From: Candidatus Omnitrophota bacterium
GTDB lineage: Bacteria; Omnitrophota; Gorgyraeia; Gygaellales; Profunditerraquicolaceae
Direction of reading: 5' to 3'
DNA: 64,000 nt
NCBI GenBank assembly: GCA_041649115.1
Contig: JBAZNT010000005.1
Location: forward strand, 12,737-76,736
Below the pieces are notes generated by a model. That model was not told the DNA's origin and did not search any database. It worked only from the letters and a program-made list of their open reading frames with translations. Below, in pieces: positions 16,947-27,326 of this stretch. A program made the translations under genes and the position numbers. Position 1 is the first letter of the stretch; each line of letters starts with the position of its first letter.

Positions 16947-17876
16947 ATGGATACTATCAGCAAGATACGCCAGAAGTCCAAGTCAAACCCTAAAAATATT
17001 ATCCTGCCGGAATATGAAGATAAGCGCGTGCGGGAGGCCGCCAGGATTATCGAGAAAGAAGGGATTGCCAAGATTGCCTTGCTTTCCAGGGACATGCTTA
17101 ACCCCGATGATAAAGCCAGATACGCCAGGCAATATTACGAATTGCGTAAATACAAGGGGGTAACCGAGGAGGCTGCGGCTAAGTTATTCGAGGATCCTCT
17201 TTACTATTCCGCCATGATGGTAAGAGAGGGTAAGGCTGACGGGGTGGTGGCCGGTGCATCACATACTACTCCGGACGTTGCCCGTTCAACGATACATTGC
17301 CTGGGAGTTGAAAAACGCCTCGGGATTGCCTGCAGCTGTTTTATAATGGCAGTGCCCGATTGTTCCTACGGCGAAAACGGGACCTTCGTTTTTGCCGACT
17401 GCGGCATAGTGCCTGAGCCTAATCCCCGGCAGCTTGCCGCTATTTCAGTGGCCGCGTCGGAATTAGCCAGAAAGGTGCTTGATATCACGCCCCGGGTTGC
17501 AATGTTAAGTTATTCCACTAAAGGGTCTGCCCAGGGCGAGCGCATTGATAAGGTGCGCCAGGCAATAGCTATAGTAAAGGAGATGTCTCCGGAACTAATG
17601 GTGGACGGAGAACTACAGGTGGATGCCGCGATTGTGCCGGAAATTTCGCGCATCAAATACCCCGACAGCGTGTTAGGCGGAGAAGCCAATGTTTTAATAT
17701 TCCCCAATTTAGAGGCAGGTAATATCGCTTATAAATTGGTAGAGAGGCTGGCAAAGGCGCGGGCATTGGGCCCGCTTATCCTGGGTTTAAATAGGCCCTG
17801 CAGCGACCTCTCGCGCGGATGTTCCGCCGAGGATATCGTAGACTGCGTTGCAGTTACCTCTATCAGGGCACAGTGA
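16947..17876 (+). CDS. pta: Phosphate acetyltransferase (PTA_PTB catalytic domain only)
   Basis: IILPEYEDKRVREAARIIEKEGIAKIALL, GASHTTPDVARS, LSYSTKGSA and FPNLEAGNIAYKL are typical of Pta. Confidence 0.9.
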   Translation: MDTISKIRQKSKSNPKNIILPEYEDKRVREAARIIEKEGIAKIALLSRDMLNPDDKARYARQYYELRKYKGVTEEAAAKLFEDPLYYSAMMVREGKADGVVAGASHTTPDVARSTIHCLGVEKRLGIACSCFIMAVPDCSYGENGTFVFADCGIVPEPNPRQLAAISVAASELARKVLDITPRVAMLSYSTKGSAQGERIDKVRQAIAIVKEMSPELMVDGELQVDAAIVPEISRIKYPDSVLGGEANVLIFPNLEAGNIAYKLVERLAKARALGPLILGLNRPCSDLSRGCSAEDIVDCVAVTSIRAQ

Positions 17877-17878
17877 TT

Positions 17879-18955
17879 ATGAAGATACTTGTTATAAATT
17901 GCGGCAGTTCTTCGATCAAGTATAAGCTCTTCCGGATGCCGCATCGCAGGCTTCTCGTTAAGGGCTTACTGGAGCATATCGGAGAGGATGGCGTCCGCAT
18001 CCCTGACCACTACCAGGGGCTTAAACTGATACTCGCCAAGGTTGACGGCGTTGACCTGGTCGGTCACCGCGTAGTGCACGGCGGAGAAGAATTCAAAAAG
18101 CCGGTCCTGGTTGATAATGCCGTAATCAAAAAAATCAGGCAATGTTCAGGCCTGGCGCCCCTGCATAACCCCGCCAATCTTGCCGGGATACTCGCCTGCA
18201 AGAAGTTGCTTCCCGGGATAGAGCAGGTGGCGGTATTTGATACCGCTTTTCATCAAAGCCTTCCGGATTACGCCTATATCTACGGGCTCCCTTATAATTA
18301 TTATGAACGCTTTGGAATACGCAAGTACGGTTTTCACGGCACCAGCCACGAATATGTCTCCCATGAAGCCGCCAGGATTCTCAAAAGGCCCGTTGATAAA
18401 TTGAAACTTATTACCTGTCATCTCGGTAATGGCTGCAGTATCAGCGCCGTGGACCGCGGGAGGTCCGTAGATACCAGCATGGGCTTTACTCCCCTGGAGG
18501 GGCTGGTGATGGGCACGCGCTGCGGGGATATTGATCCTGCGTTAGTTACTTATCTTATGAATAGGCAGAAGCTGGGGGCCCTGGAGATTGATAATATCCT
18601 TAACCGTTTAAGCGGCCTAAAAGGCATATCGGGCGCGAGTAACGATATGCGCGTCCTGGAGCAACGCGCCAGGTCCGGCGACAGGCGTTCAAAGCTGGCA
18701 ATTGAGGTTTTTGCATATCGGGTGAAGAAATATATCGGGGCCTATACCGCAGTGATGTCCGGTTGCGATGCCCTGGTTTTTACGGCAGGAATAGGGGAGA
18801 ATCAGAAGGGCGTCAGGGATAAGGTCTGCCGCGGGCTGTTTTCTTACCTCGGCAAGAAACCGCGCATCCTCGTTATCCCTACCGAGGAAGAGTTAATGAT
18901 TGCTAAACAGGCGTACCATCTCGTAAAAGCCGGACTTAATGGAAAAGCCCTTTAA
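17879..18955 (+). CDS. ackA: Acetate kinase
   Basis: MKILVINCGSSSIKYKLF, HRVVHGG, LAPLHNP, YGFHGTSHEYV, HLGNGCSISA, TAGIGEN. ATG 17879 follows the pta stop (17874-17876). The track's upstream extension from 17819 overlaps pta. Confidence 0.93.
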   Translation: MKILVINCGSSSIKYKLFRMPHRRLLVKGLLEHIGEDGVRIPDHYQGLKLILAKVDGVDLVGHRVVHGGEEFKKPVLVDNAVIKKIRQCSGLAPLHNPANLAGILACKKLLPGIEQVAVFDTAFHQSLPDYAYIYGLPYNYYERFGIRKYGFHGTSHEYVSHEAARILKRPVDKLKLITCHLGNGCSISAVDRGRSVDTSMGFTPLEGLVMGTRCGDIDPALVTYLMNRQKLGALEIDNILNRLSGLKGISGASNDMRVLEQRARSGDRRSKLAIEVFAYRVKKYIGAYTAVMSGCDALVFTAGIGENQKGVRDKVCRGLFSYLGKKPRILVIPTEEELMIAKQAYHLVKAGLNGKAL

Positions 18956-19550
18956 GCGGGTTATCGTTGTTCTCTTGTTTATGTTGGCAGCCGGCGGTAT
19001 TGCTTACGGCAGGAATGAGGCAAGAGGGGAGGCGGCAGGCATGAAGAAGATAGCCATGGTTATTTCCGAAAGCGATTTCCGCGATGAGGAGTTTTTAGAG
19101 CCCAGGGAAATATTCAAGGAGGCCGGTTTTGAGGTTAAGGTCGCTTCCAATTCTCTTGGCGAGGCCAGGGGGGTATTGGGCGCCAAGGTCAAGCCCGATA
19201 TACTTGTCAGCAATATCAAGCCGGAGGATTTCGACGCTATTGTTTTTGTGGGAGGCCGGGGGGCCTCCCGTTACTGGGATGACCAGCCCGTTCATAAATT
19301 GATACGGGATGCCGCTGCGGAAGGAAAGGTAATAGCCGCGATATGCATTGCTCCGGTTACGCTTGCCAACTCGGGGGTGCTTAAAGGAAAGCGCGCTACG
19401 GTCTGGCATTCCGAAGGTTCACAGCTTGAGGCTGCAGGGGCCATTTATACCGGCAAGGGCACGGAGAGGGACGGCAGGGTCATTACGGCATCCGGCCCCG
19501 ATTATGCCGGAGAGTTCGGCCGGGAGATTGTCCTGGTCTTATCGCAATAA
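18939..19550 (+). CDS. DJ-1/PfpI family protein with an N-terminal signal/anchor sequence
   Basis: Hydrophobic N-terminus VIVVLLFMLAAGGIAYG. The nucleophile-elbow Cys is in VIAAICIAPVTLA, followed by FVGGRGA. Confidence 0.8.
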   Translation: MEKPFKRVIVVLLFMLAAGGIAYGRNEARGEAAGMKKIAMVISESDFRDEEFLEPREIFKEAGFEVKVASNSLGEARGVLGAKVKPDILVSNIKPEDFDAIVFVGGRGASRYWDDQPVHKLIRDAAAEGKVIAAICIAPVTLANSGVLKGKRATVWHSEGSQLEAAGAIYTGKGTERDGRVITASGPDYAGEFGREIVLVLSQ

Positions 19551-19582
19551 TCCGTAAAACATAAAAGTTGTAAGGAGAGAAT

Positions 19583-19930
19583 ATGCTTAGGACAATGTTG
19601 AAATCAAAAATCCACCGCGCCCGCGTTACCGGGGCCAACCTTTATTATGAAGGTAGTATCACCATTGACGCCAAGCTTATTAAGGCGGCGGATATACTGG
19701 AGTGGGAGAAGGTGGAGGTGCTTAATCTTAATACCGGCGCGAGGATTGAGACTTACGTGATTAAAGGTAAACCCGGCTCAGGAGATGTCTGCCTTAACGG
19801 CGCGGCAGCGCGCGGGGCAGCAGTCGCAGACGAGGTTATCATTGTTTCCTACGTTGCGGTTGAAGATAAAGATGCCCGCGGCATCAAGCCGAGGATAATA
19901 AAGGTAAATTCCAAAAACCGCATCATCTAA
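19583..19930 (+). CDS. panD: Aspartate 1-decarboxylase (pyruvoyl-dependent)
   Basis: MLRTMLKSKIHRARVTGANLYYEGSITID, including the Gly-Ser self-processing site. Confidence 0.93.
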   Translation: MLRTMLKSKIHRARVTGANLYYEGSITIDAKLIKAADILEWEKVEVLNLNTGARIETYVIKGKPGSGDVCLNGAAARGAAVADEVIIVSYVAVEDKDARGIKPRIIKVNSKNRII

Positions 19931-19937
19931 GTATGCG

Positions 19938-20480
19938 ATGAAAGAAGACGGCTTAAAGATTAAGATTCTGGGGGATCCTTTATTGCGCCGCAGGTCCAGG
20001 CCCATAAAGAGCGTCAGCGAACGTCACCGCAAGGCCCTGAGCCAGATGGCGCAACTGATGTATGAGAGCTCCGGTATCGGTCTGGCTGCTCCGCAGGTGG
20101 GGATAGGCGAACGCATGATAGTGGTGGATATCGGAAACGGGCTTTATAAATTAATAAATCCCCGCATCGTGATGAAGCAGGGCTGTCAGGCCGTACAGGA
20201 GGGTTGCCTGAGCGTTCCGGGGGCCTGCATTAAGGTGAAGCGCTCCAGGACAGTACGGCTGGAGGCGTTGGATGAAAACGCCAAGCCTGTATGTGTTGAG
20301 GCAAAGGATCTTCTTGCATGCGTATTGCAGCATGAGATCGACCATCTTGACGGCAAGCTCATCGTAGATTACGTATCGTTACTGGAAAGGCTTAAGATAC
20401 GCCGCCGGTTAGAGGGGTTAAGTAAAAACATCCGCAATGAAGAATTGCCAAAATCAGAGCCAGAATCTCGAAAATTGTAA
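19938..20480 (+). CDS. def: Peptide deformylase
   Basis: The three PDF motifs are present: [18 protein letters not shown] and QHEIDHLDG. Confidence 0.93.
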   Translation: MKEDGLKIKILGDPLLRRRSRPIKSVSERHRKALSQMAQLMYESSGIGLAAPQVGIGERMIVVDIGNGLYKLINPRIVMKQGCQAVQEGCLSVPGACIKVKRSRTVRLEALDENAKPVCVEAKDLLACVLQHEIDHLDGKLIVDYVSLLERLKIRRRLEGLSKNIRNEELPKSEPESRKL

Positions 20481-20637
20481 TTGTAGTTATGACCCCTGTC
20501 CGAGAAAGGGTATCTGTTGCGAGTGTATCGCTTACCACCGCAGGAGGCATGAGCTCCCCGCCTGTTTTTTTAGTTCCTCTGCCGAGAAAAGTTACGACCG
20601 TTCCGTGAAGAAATTCATGAAGGATAGCCAGAGATAA
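20437..20637 (+). CDS. Small Cys-rich protein (CNC-x4-CPRKG-CCEC type), family uncertain
   Basis: 66 aa with 7 Cys: [33 protein letters not shown]. It overlaps the def 3' end by 44 nt in another frame. I recall similar small proteins annotated as DUF6485 but cannot verify this. Confidence 0.5.
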   Translation: MKNCQNQSQNLENCNCSYDPCPRKGICCECIAYHRRRHELPACFFSSSAEKSYDRSVKKFMKDSQR

Positions 20638-20674
20638 TTATTCTGCGCCTGAGAGATTCGCGAGGAAAACTTTT

Positions 20675-21592
20675 ATGCACGAGCTTATTATCATAGGGGC
20701 GGGCCCGGCAGGATTGACCGCCGGGATATACGCCGGCAGATACCGGATAGACTCCTTGATTTTGGAAAAACTTGGCGTCGGAGGACAGATTGTGCTTTCG
20801 GAGACAATCGAGAATTTCCCGGGGTTTCCGCAGCCAATTACTACCATGGAGTTGATGGAAAGGTTTAAGAAGCAGCTGGATAATAGCGGCGTGCCGATAC
20901 GGGAAGGGGAGGCAACGGATATCCTGGAAGCCGGAGGAGGTTCCTACGTCATCAATACTTCCGCCGGCAGCTACGAGACAAAGAGCGTTATCGTCGCAAG
21001 CGGAGCTTCTCCCAGGAGGCTGGGGATACCCGGAGAGGAACAATTTACCGGCCGCGGCGTATCTTATTGCGCTACCTGCGACGGGCCGCTTTTTAAGGAT
21101 AAGGAAGTTGCAGTGGTAGGAGGGGGCGATAGGGCGCTGGAAGAGGCGTTGTTTTTGGCGCGTTATTGCCGCCGCGTAACGCTTATCCACCGCCGCCGGG
21201 AGTTGCGCGCTTCGCGCATCATGCAGGAGAAGGTGGCGAGAGAAAAAAAGATAGAGTTGTTGCTTGAGAGCGTAGTTGAGAAAATTTCAGGGGGAGCCAA
21301 GGTTGAGTCGCTGTCGGTAAAAAACAACAAGGGCTCCAAGGTAGGCGATTTCAAATGTGACGGCGTATTCATATTCGTAGGCATAAGGCCCAACACCGAT
21401 TTTGTAAAAAAACTATTGCATACCGATGAAGCCGGTTTTATAATGACAGACCAAGAATCGAAGACCCGCCGGGAAGGCGTATTTGCCTGCGGCGATTGCT
21501 GCAAAAAGGAGCTTTACCAGGTTATTACTGCCTCTGCGGAAGGAGCAACGGCGGCATCCGCGGCGCATAGATACCTGCTGAAGAGCAAATGA
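20675..21592 (+). CDS. trxB: Thioredoxin-disulfide reductase
   Basis: FAD motif IIIGAGPAGLTAG, redox-active CATCDG, NADPH motif VVGGGDRALEEA, and C-terminal GVFACGD. Confidence 0.93.
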   Translation: MHELIIIGAGPAGLTAGIYAGRYRIDSLILEKLGVGGQIVLSETIENFPGFPQPITTMELMERFKKQLDNSGVPIREGEATDILEAGGGSYVINTSAGSYETKSVIVASGASPRRLGIPGEEQFTGRGVSYCATCDGPLFKDKEVAVVGGGDRALEEALFLARYCRRVTLIHRRRELRASRIMQEKVAREKKIELLLESVVEKISGGAKVESLSVKNNKGSKVGDFKCDGVFIFVGIRPNTDFVKKLLHTDEAGFIMTDQESKTRREGVFACGDCCKKELYQVITASAEGATAASAAHRYLLKSK

Positions 21593-23397
21593 AAGATATG
21601 AACTGCCCGGTTACGCGTAATAAAAAACTGGAAGAATGGATTGCGCAGATGGCAAAACTCTGCCAGCCGGATGATATCATTTGGATTGACGGCTCAGAGG
21701 ATCAGAAAAGACAACTGGAGAATGAATGCGTTTATAGTTCGGAATTGCTTGAGCTTGACCAGGAGAAGCTCCCGGGATGTTACCTGCATCGCACCGCCGT
21801 AAATGACGTCGCCCGCACAGAACACCTCACCTACATCTGCACCAAGAAGAAGCGCGATGCCGGGCCTACCAATAACTGGATGGCTCCCCGGGTTGCTTAT
21901 GAGAAGGCGCGGGGGTATTTCAGGGGGGCCATGAAGGGGAGGGTTATGTATGTGATACCCTTTTCGATGGGGCCGGTGGGTTCGCCTTTTGCCAAAATGG
22001 GGGTGGAGTTGACGGATTCGCGTTACGTAGTCCTGAATATGATGATTATGACGCGGGTAGGCCGTTGCGTACTTGAGCACCTTGACAATAACGCCAGTTT
22101 TACGAAATGCCTGCATTCCAAAGCCGACCTTGATATAGACAAGAGGCTTATCCTGCATTTTCCAGAGGATAATACCATCTGGAGCGTAGGTTCTGGTTAC
22201 GGGGGCAACGTATTACTCGGCAAAAAATGCCTTTCTTTGCGCATCGCCAGTTTTGTCGCGCACAAGGAAAGGTGGCTTGCTGAACACATGCTTATTATGG
22301 GAGTGGAGAGGCCTAACGGCCAGATCCAGTATGTGGCTGCGGCATTCCCCAGTTCCTGCGGTAAAACCAACCTTGCCATGCTTGTCCCTCCCGAAGGCCT
22401 GAAGCGCAAAGGTTACCGCATCTGGACATTAGGGGATGATATCGCATGGATGCGCGTTGATTCCGACGGTGCGCTCTGGGCGATAAATCCGGAGACGGGA
22501 TTCTTCGGGGTAGCCCCCGGCACCAACAGCCATACTAACCCGGCAATGGTAGAGACCATCAAGAAAAACACCATTTATACTAACGTGCTTTTGAAGCCCG
22601 ATAGTACTGTTTGGTGGGAGGGGGCTGACGGCGAAATCCCGGCAAGCGGTATTGACTGGCAGGGGAGGCCCTGGAGGCCCGGGATAAAGGATAATAACGG
22701 AAAGCCTATCCTCGGCGCCCATCCTAACAGTCGTTTTACCACTCCGATTTCCCAGTGTCCTTCAGCTTCTTTCAGGATGGAGCACCACCACGGCGTGCCT
22801 ATCTCTGCGATTATCTTCGGCGGACGCAGGCAGCAGGTGGCCCCCCTGGTATATGAGGGTTTTGGCTGGGCGCACGGGGTGTTTATCGGAGCGACAATGG
22901 CCTCGGAGCGCACCTCGGCGCAGGTAGGCAAGCTTGGGGAGGTGCGGCGCGACCCAATGGCAATGCTTCCGTTTTGCGGTTATAATATGGGTGATTATTT
23001 CAGGCATTGGCTGGCAATGGGGAAACGCATGAACAGGCAGCCCCGCATATTCCACGTGAATTGGTTCCGCAGCGATAAAAACGGCAGGTTCCTTTGGCCC
23101 GGTTACCGGGAGAACCTAAGGGTATTGGAGTGGGTATTGGACCGTTGTAATAATACGGTAGGGGCAGTGCGTACCCCCATCGGTTATGTCCCGCAGGCCT
23201 CGGATATCGATATGACAGGGCTTAAACTTGATTCCCGCATAATGGAGGAGCTCCTTAGCGTTGACCCTCTTGCCTGGCAGGAGGAATTAAAGGGTATCAG
23301 GAAATTCTTCAAGCAGTTCGGCAGGGACCTCCCCGGGGAATTGTGGGAGGAATACGAGGGGCTTATAAAACGCCTAAAATCTCAAGATGAGCGATAA
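21589..23397 (+). CDS. pckG: Phosphoenolpyruvate carboxykinase (GTP)
   Basis: 602 aa. Kinase-1a FPSSCGKTN, plus [21 protein letters not shown], and [23 protein letters not shown]. Confidence 0.95.
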   Translation: MKDMNCPVTRNKKLEEWIAQMAKLCQPDDIIWIDGSEDQKRQLENECVYSSELLELDQEKLPGCYLHRTAVNDVARTEHLTYICTKKKRDAGPTNNWMAPRVAYEKARGYFRGAMKGRVMYVIPFSMGPVGSPFAKMGVELTDSRYVVLNMMIMTRVGRCVLEHLDNNASFTKCLHSKADLDIDKRLILHFPEDNTIWSVGSGYGGNVLLGKKCLSLRIASFVAHKERWLAEHMLIMGVERPNGQIQYVAAAFPSSCGKTNLAMLVPPEGLKRKGYRIWTLGDDIAWMRVDSDGALWAINPETGFFGVAPGTNSHTNPAMVETIKKNTIYTNVLLKPDSTVWWEGADGEIPASGIDWQGRPWRPGIKDNNGKPILGAHPNSRFTTPISQCPSASFRMEHHHGVPISAIIFGGRRQQVAPLVYEGFGWAHGVFIGATMASERTSAQVGKLGEVRRDPMAMLPFCGYNMGDYFRHWLAMGKRMNRQPRIFHVNWFRSDKNGRFLWPGYRENLRVLEWVLDRCNNTVGAVRTPIGYVPQASDIDMTGLKLDSRIMEELLSVDPLAWQEELKGIRKFFKQFGRDLPGELWEEYEGLIKRLKSQDER

Positions 23398-24286
23398 GGT
23401 TTTGCTTTCTACGGATTTTAAGGATTTGAAGCTATTCAAGAGAGGCAAGGTCAGGGATGTTTATGACCTGGGAGATAAGCTTTTGATTGTTTCCAGCGAC
23501 CGCGTCTCGGCATTCGACGTAGTATTGCCTTGCGGCATCCCCAATAAGGGCAAGGTATTGACGGCTATCTCTGTTTTTTGGTTTGCGTTTACGAAGGACA
23601 TTATGCCAAACCATTTTGTAACCGCGGATGTCAATGAATACCCCCAACAGCTGCATAAATATAAAGACGAGCTTGCCGGGCGCTCCATGCTGGTTTTAAA
23701 AACCAAGTCGATACCCGTAGAATGCGTAGTCCGCGGTTACCTTTCGGGTTCAGGGTGGAAAGAGTACCGTCAGACGCAGTCAGTCTGCGGCATTGATTTG
23801 CCGGCGGGCCTTAGAGAGTCTGCTAAGCTCCCGGAGGTAATATTTACCCCCTCGACCAAAGCCGATTCCGGACATGACATAAATGTCAATATGGTTTACG
23901 TTGAAGATAAAATCGGCAGGGAAACCGCCCATAAGATACGGGATATCAGCATCGCTATTTACCGCAAGGCAAGCGATTACGCCCGTTCCAGAGGCATAAT
24001 CATCGCCGATACCAAGTTTGAATTCGGCATACACCAGGCAACGCCTATAGTTATCGATGAATTGCTTACTCCGGACTCTTCGCGTTTCTGGCCGCTGGAC
24101 CAATACCGTCCCGGCATGCCGCAGCCGAGTTTTGACAAGCAGTTCGTGCGCGATTATCTTGCAGGACTCGATTGGAACAAGACCCCGCCAGCGCCAAATC
24201 TGCCGGACGATATCATAGCTAACACCAGCCGGAAATACCTTGAGGCCTATGAACGCCTTACCGGCAAAGACCCCCAGACCATCTAA
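23387..24286 (+). CDS. purC: Phosphoribosylaminoimidazole-succinocarboxamide (SAICAR) synthase
   Basis: [58 protein letters not shown]. Confidence 0.93.
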   Translation: MSDKVLLSTDFKDLKLFKRGKVRDVYDLGDKLLIVSSDRVSAFDVVLPCGIPNKGKVLTAISVFWFAFTKDIMPNHFVTADVNEYPQQLHKYKDELAGRSMLVLKTKSIPVECVVRGYLSGSGWKEYRQTQSVCGIDLPAGLRESAKLPEVIFTPSTKADSGHDINVNMVYVEDKIGRETAHKIRDISIAIYRKASDYARSRGIIIADTKFEFGIHQATPIVIDELLTPDSSRFWPLDQYRPGMPQPSFDKQFVRDYLAGLDWNKTPPAPNLPDDIIANTSRKYLEAYERLTGKDPQTI

Positions 24287-25282
24287 ATGGCATTTCTTAA
24301 GAAAGTCGCATCGCTGTTAATACGGCTGGCAATAAGTGCCGTTTTATTATTGCTGCTTTTTAGGTCCCAGAAGATAGATGCCCCGGCGCTCTTGGATAAT
24401 ATCATGCGCGCCAACAAACCCCTGCTTGCCGTTTCCTTTACGATAGGGTTCTTAAATTATATCCTCTGTTTTTACCGCTGGAAGATGCTGCTGGACGCCA
24501 GCGGCATCCGCCCCCCATTAAAGAAAATAATCTCTTCCTTTTCGGGGGGGATTTTCTTTAATTCCCTTCTGCCCTCTACGGTGGGAGGGGATGTAGTGCG
24601 CAGCATCGACCTCTCGGCGCATACCCGCAGGCCAAAAGAGGTTATTGCAACGGTGCTTCTGGACAGGCTAAGCGGATACGTCGGGATGGTAATAGTGATC
24701 CTATTATGGTTATTGTGGGGATGGAAGCTTGTCTGCAACAGCCCGGTAGTGCTATGGTCTATTGCCGTCATCGCGCTGCTATTGGCCGTAATACTCCTGG
24801 TTCTATTCAATAGGTTTTTATTCTCCAAGATTAATTTCATGTTGCATTCCCAGCGTGCCGGCAGGATCCGCGAGTCTTTGAAGAACCTGCATCAGGAGCT
24901 TCATTATTTCAGGAATCGCAAGCGGGTGTTGTTTAAAAACGTAATGCTCTCCGCGCTTATCCAGGCCGTTTATCCGTTATCCAGTTATTTCGTAGCGTTG
25001 TCGCTGGGGGTCAAGGTGAGCATCATTTATTTTTTGGTTTTTATCCCCATCATCGGCACGATTACGCTTTTACCGATTGCCATCGGAGGGCTGGGCCTGA
25101 GAGAAAACATGTTTGTTTTTTATTTCAGGCAGGCAGGAGTGCCGGAAGGGCTCAGCATTGCCGTTTCGCTCCTCGGTTTTGGATTTCTGGTAATCCACGC
25201 CGCCATCGGAGGAATTATCTATGTCCTTACGGTTCATCATAGACGGATACAACGTCATTCGTCACCGGTCGTTTCCGGTTAA
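24287..25282 (+). CDS. Flippase-like / lysyl-PG-synthase TM-region family (UPF0104) membrane protein
   Basis: About 8 TM helices. The motif LLPSTVGGDVVR is typical of this family. Confidence 0.6.
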   Translation: MAFLKKVASLLIRLAISAVLLLLLFRSQKIDAPALLDNIMRANKPLLAVSFTIGFLNYILCFYRWKMLLDASGIRPPLKKIISSFSGGIFFNSLLPSTVGGDVVRSIDLSAHTRRPKEVIATVLLDRLSGYVGMVIVILLWLLWGWKLVCNSPVVLWSIAVIALLLAVILLVLFNRFLFSKINFMLHSQRAGRIRESLKNLHQELHYFRNRKRVLFKNVMLSALIQAVYPLSSYFVALSLGVKVSIIYFLVFIPIIGTITLLPIAIGGLGLRENMFVFYFRQAGVPEGLSIAVSLLGFGFLVIHAAIGGIIYVLTVHHRRIQRHSSPVVSG

Positions 25283-25703
25283 CATTACCGGCAAGACCAT
25301 GCCCCACCAGGCACTTCTTAAATATATTAGAAACAACAGGCTATGCGGCAGCGCAAAAAACAGGGTTACGGTGGTGCTGGACGGTTTTGCTCCGGCGGGC
25401 CGGCATTCTGCTTTGCTGCCGTCGGCGGAGATAGTCTATTCGGGAGAGGAAAATGCGGACGAGAGGATCAAGGGGATGGTAGAGGAGTCCCAAGACCCGC
25501 GCAACCTGATAGTAGTCTCTGATGACAGGGAGATAAGATTTTTCGTGCGTTCTAAAGGGGTCAAGGTTTTGAAGGTGGAGGATTTTATTACTCCCCGCCG
25601 CATCCGCATCGGCTCAAGGGAGGAATTAGCCAAGCCCGAGCTGAGCACCGAAGAGCTTTCCTTCATCAATGAAGAGTTGAGGGGGTTATGGTTAAAAGAG
25701 TAA
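25221..25703 (+). CDS. NYN/PIN-like YacP-family (DUF901) predicted RNase
   Basis: N-terminus MSLRFIIDGYNVIRH, followed by VTVVLDG and LIVVSDDREI. It overlaps the upstream gene by 62 nt. Confidence 0.65.
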   Translation: MSLRFIIDGYNVIRHRSFPVNITGKTMPHQALLKYIRNNRLCGSAKNRVTVVLDGFAPAGRHSALLPSAEIVYSGEENADERIKGMVEESQDPRNLIVVSDDREIRFFVRSKGVKVLKVEDFITPRRIRIGSREELAKPELSTEELSFINEELRGLWLKE

Positions 25704-26488
25704 AGCCAAAAGAAAATAGGCACGCCGGGCCGGCAGGCTACTTAAAGTTTCTGGGGACTGCCGGGGCGCGTTTTGTGATGATCAGGCAGCTGCGCGCCTC
25801 CGGAGGGCTCTGGATATCAGCGGCAGGGCGCAATATCCTGATAGACCCCGGGCCGGGTAGCATAGTCCGCTGTGCCATGAGCAGGCCGAGGATTGACCCC
25901 TCGCAATTAGACGCCGTTATCCTGACTCATCGCCACCTTGACCACGCCGGAGACATTAATGTGATGATTGAGGCCATGACCGAGGGGGGATTTAAGAAGA
26001 GGGGGACGGTGTTTTGCCCGGCGGATGCCATAGAGGATGACCCCGCGATACTCAGATACGCGATGGGGTTTCCGCAAAAGATAGAGGTATTGAAGGCGCT
26101 GGGGAGTTATACGGTGGGAGATTTTTCTTTTCAGACCTCGATGCGGCATATCCATCCCAGCGAGACATACGGGTTGAAATTCAGGATTAATAAGACCGCA
26201 GTTTCTCTGCTTACGGACACCCGCTATTTTCCCGAATTGGCGGATTTTTATAAAAGCGATATCCTGATAATCTCCGTGGTATTTTTTAAGCCCCGGACGG
26301 ATATCGATCACTTGAGCCTCGTAGATGCCGAAAACCTTATAGGGCAGATGCGCCCCAAAAAGGCAATCCTTACGCATTTCGGGATGACGATGCTGGCTGC
26401 TAAGCCTCATATTCAGGCAGAGGCATTATCGAAAAGGCTGGGGATTGAGGTCCTGGCTGCCTATGACGGCATGACCATGGATTTTTAG
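25688..26488 (+). CDS. MBL-fold metallo-hydrolase
   Basis: ILTHRHLDHAGD (HxHxDH motif) and a later ILTHFG. Confidence 0.8.
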   Translation: MVKRVKPKENRHAGPAGYLKFLGTAGARFVMIRQLRASGGLWISAAGRNILIDPGPGSIVRCAMSRPRIDPSQLDAVILTHRHLDHAGDINVMIEAMTEGGFKKRGTVFCPADAIEDDPAILRYAMGFPQKIEVLKALGSYTVGDFSFQTSMRHIHPSETYGLKFRINKTAVSLLTDTRYFPELADFYKSDILIISVVFFKPRTDIDHLSLVDAENLIGQMRPKKAILTHFGMTMLAAKPHIQAEALSKRLGIEVLAAYDGMTMDF

Positions 26489-26573
26489 AACAGATTTATT
26501 ATTCTTGACATAACCCTCTAATCATGATAGAGTTAGAGAAATAGTCCTTAACCCCTAAAAAGGAGGTGGAGCA

Positions 26574-27236
26574 ATGGACTTGTTTATGCCTCAGAAGGAC
26601 CTGTTGCTGCGGAGTTGGGATTTTTTCCTGAAACTCATAGCTGCGATAGTTATTTTTGTCATCGGTTGGCTGGTGGCAAAATTGATAAAGGCAGCGGTAG
26701 TAAAGGTGCTTAAGGTGTTAAAGCTTGATTCTATTGCTGAGCAGTTGAAGATTTCCGATTTTCTGTCTAAAGGGGGGATAAAGTACACCCTTTCCGAGAT
26801 TATCGGGGTAGTAATCTACTGGATATTCCTGCTGGGGGTGCTTATTTCTTCGCTGAACGTCCTGGAACTCACCGGCGTCTCAGGCCTCTTGGACAGGCTG
26901 CTGTTTTATGTGCCTAACGTGATAGGCGCCATGATTATCCTTATTGTCGGTATCTTCGTCGCTACCTTCGTAGCTTCGGTAGCGCGCACCGCAGCAGTCA
27001 ACGCCGGCTTGAGCCAGGCGGAGATGTTAGGCAAACTGATTCAGGCGGTGGTAGTCATCTTTACCGTCATCATCGTCCTTGACGAACTAAGGGTAGGGGC
27101 GGTGCTGATTTCGGCAATGAACATTATCCTGGCCAGCATAGGCCTGGCTGTGGCATTGGCATTCGGTTTAGGGTGCAAGGAGATTGCAGCAAAATACGTT
27201 TCGGAGTTGATAGATAAATTCAAGTCTAAAAAATAA
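26574..27236 (+). CDS. Membrane protein with repeated conserved TM-helix modules (mechanosensitive-channel-like N-terminal type)
   Basis: Four to five TM helices, each followed by short amphipathic segments. GGAGG Shine-Dalgarno lies upstream. The family call is tentative. Confidence 0.5.
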   Translation: MDLFMPQKDLLLRSWDFFLKLIAAIVIFVIGWLVAKLIKAAVVKVLKVLKLDSIAEQLKISDFLSKGGIKYTLSEIIGVVIYWIFLLGVLISSLNVLELTGVSGLLDRLLFYVPNVIGAMIILIVGIFVATFVASVARTAAVNAGLSQAEMLGKLIQAVVVIFTVIIVLDELRVGAVLISAMNIILASIGLAVALAFGLGCKEIAAKYVSELIDKFKSKK

Positions 27237-27263
27237 AAGTAGTGCCGTCAGTTGAAGAGGACC

Positions 27264-27306
27264 AAATAACCCCGCACCACGTAGAGCCGTGCGGGGTTAT
27301 TTATTA
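27264..27306 (+). terminator. Rho-independent terminator
   Basis: Perfect 13-bp stem aataaccccgcac (27264-27276) / gtgcggggttatt (27288-27300), an 11-nt loop, then a T/A-rich tail tattattt. Confidence 0.75.
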
Positions 27307-27326
27307 TTTAAAGCCCAGCACCGGCA

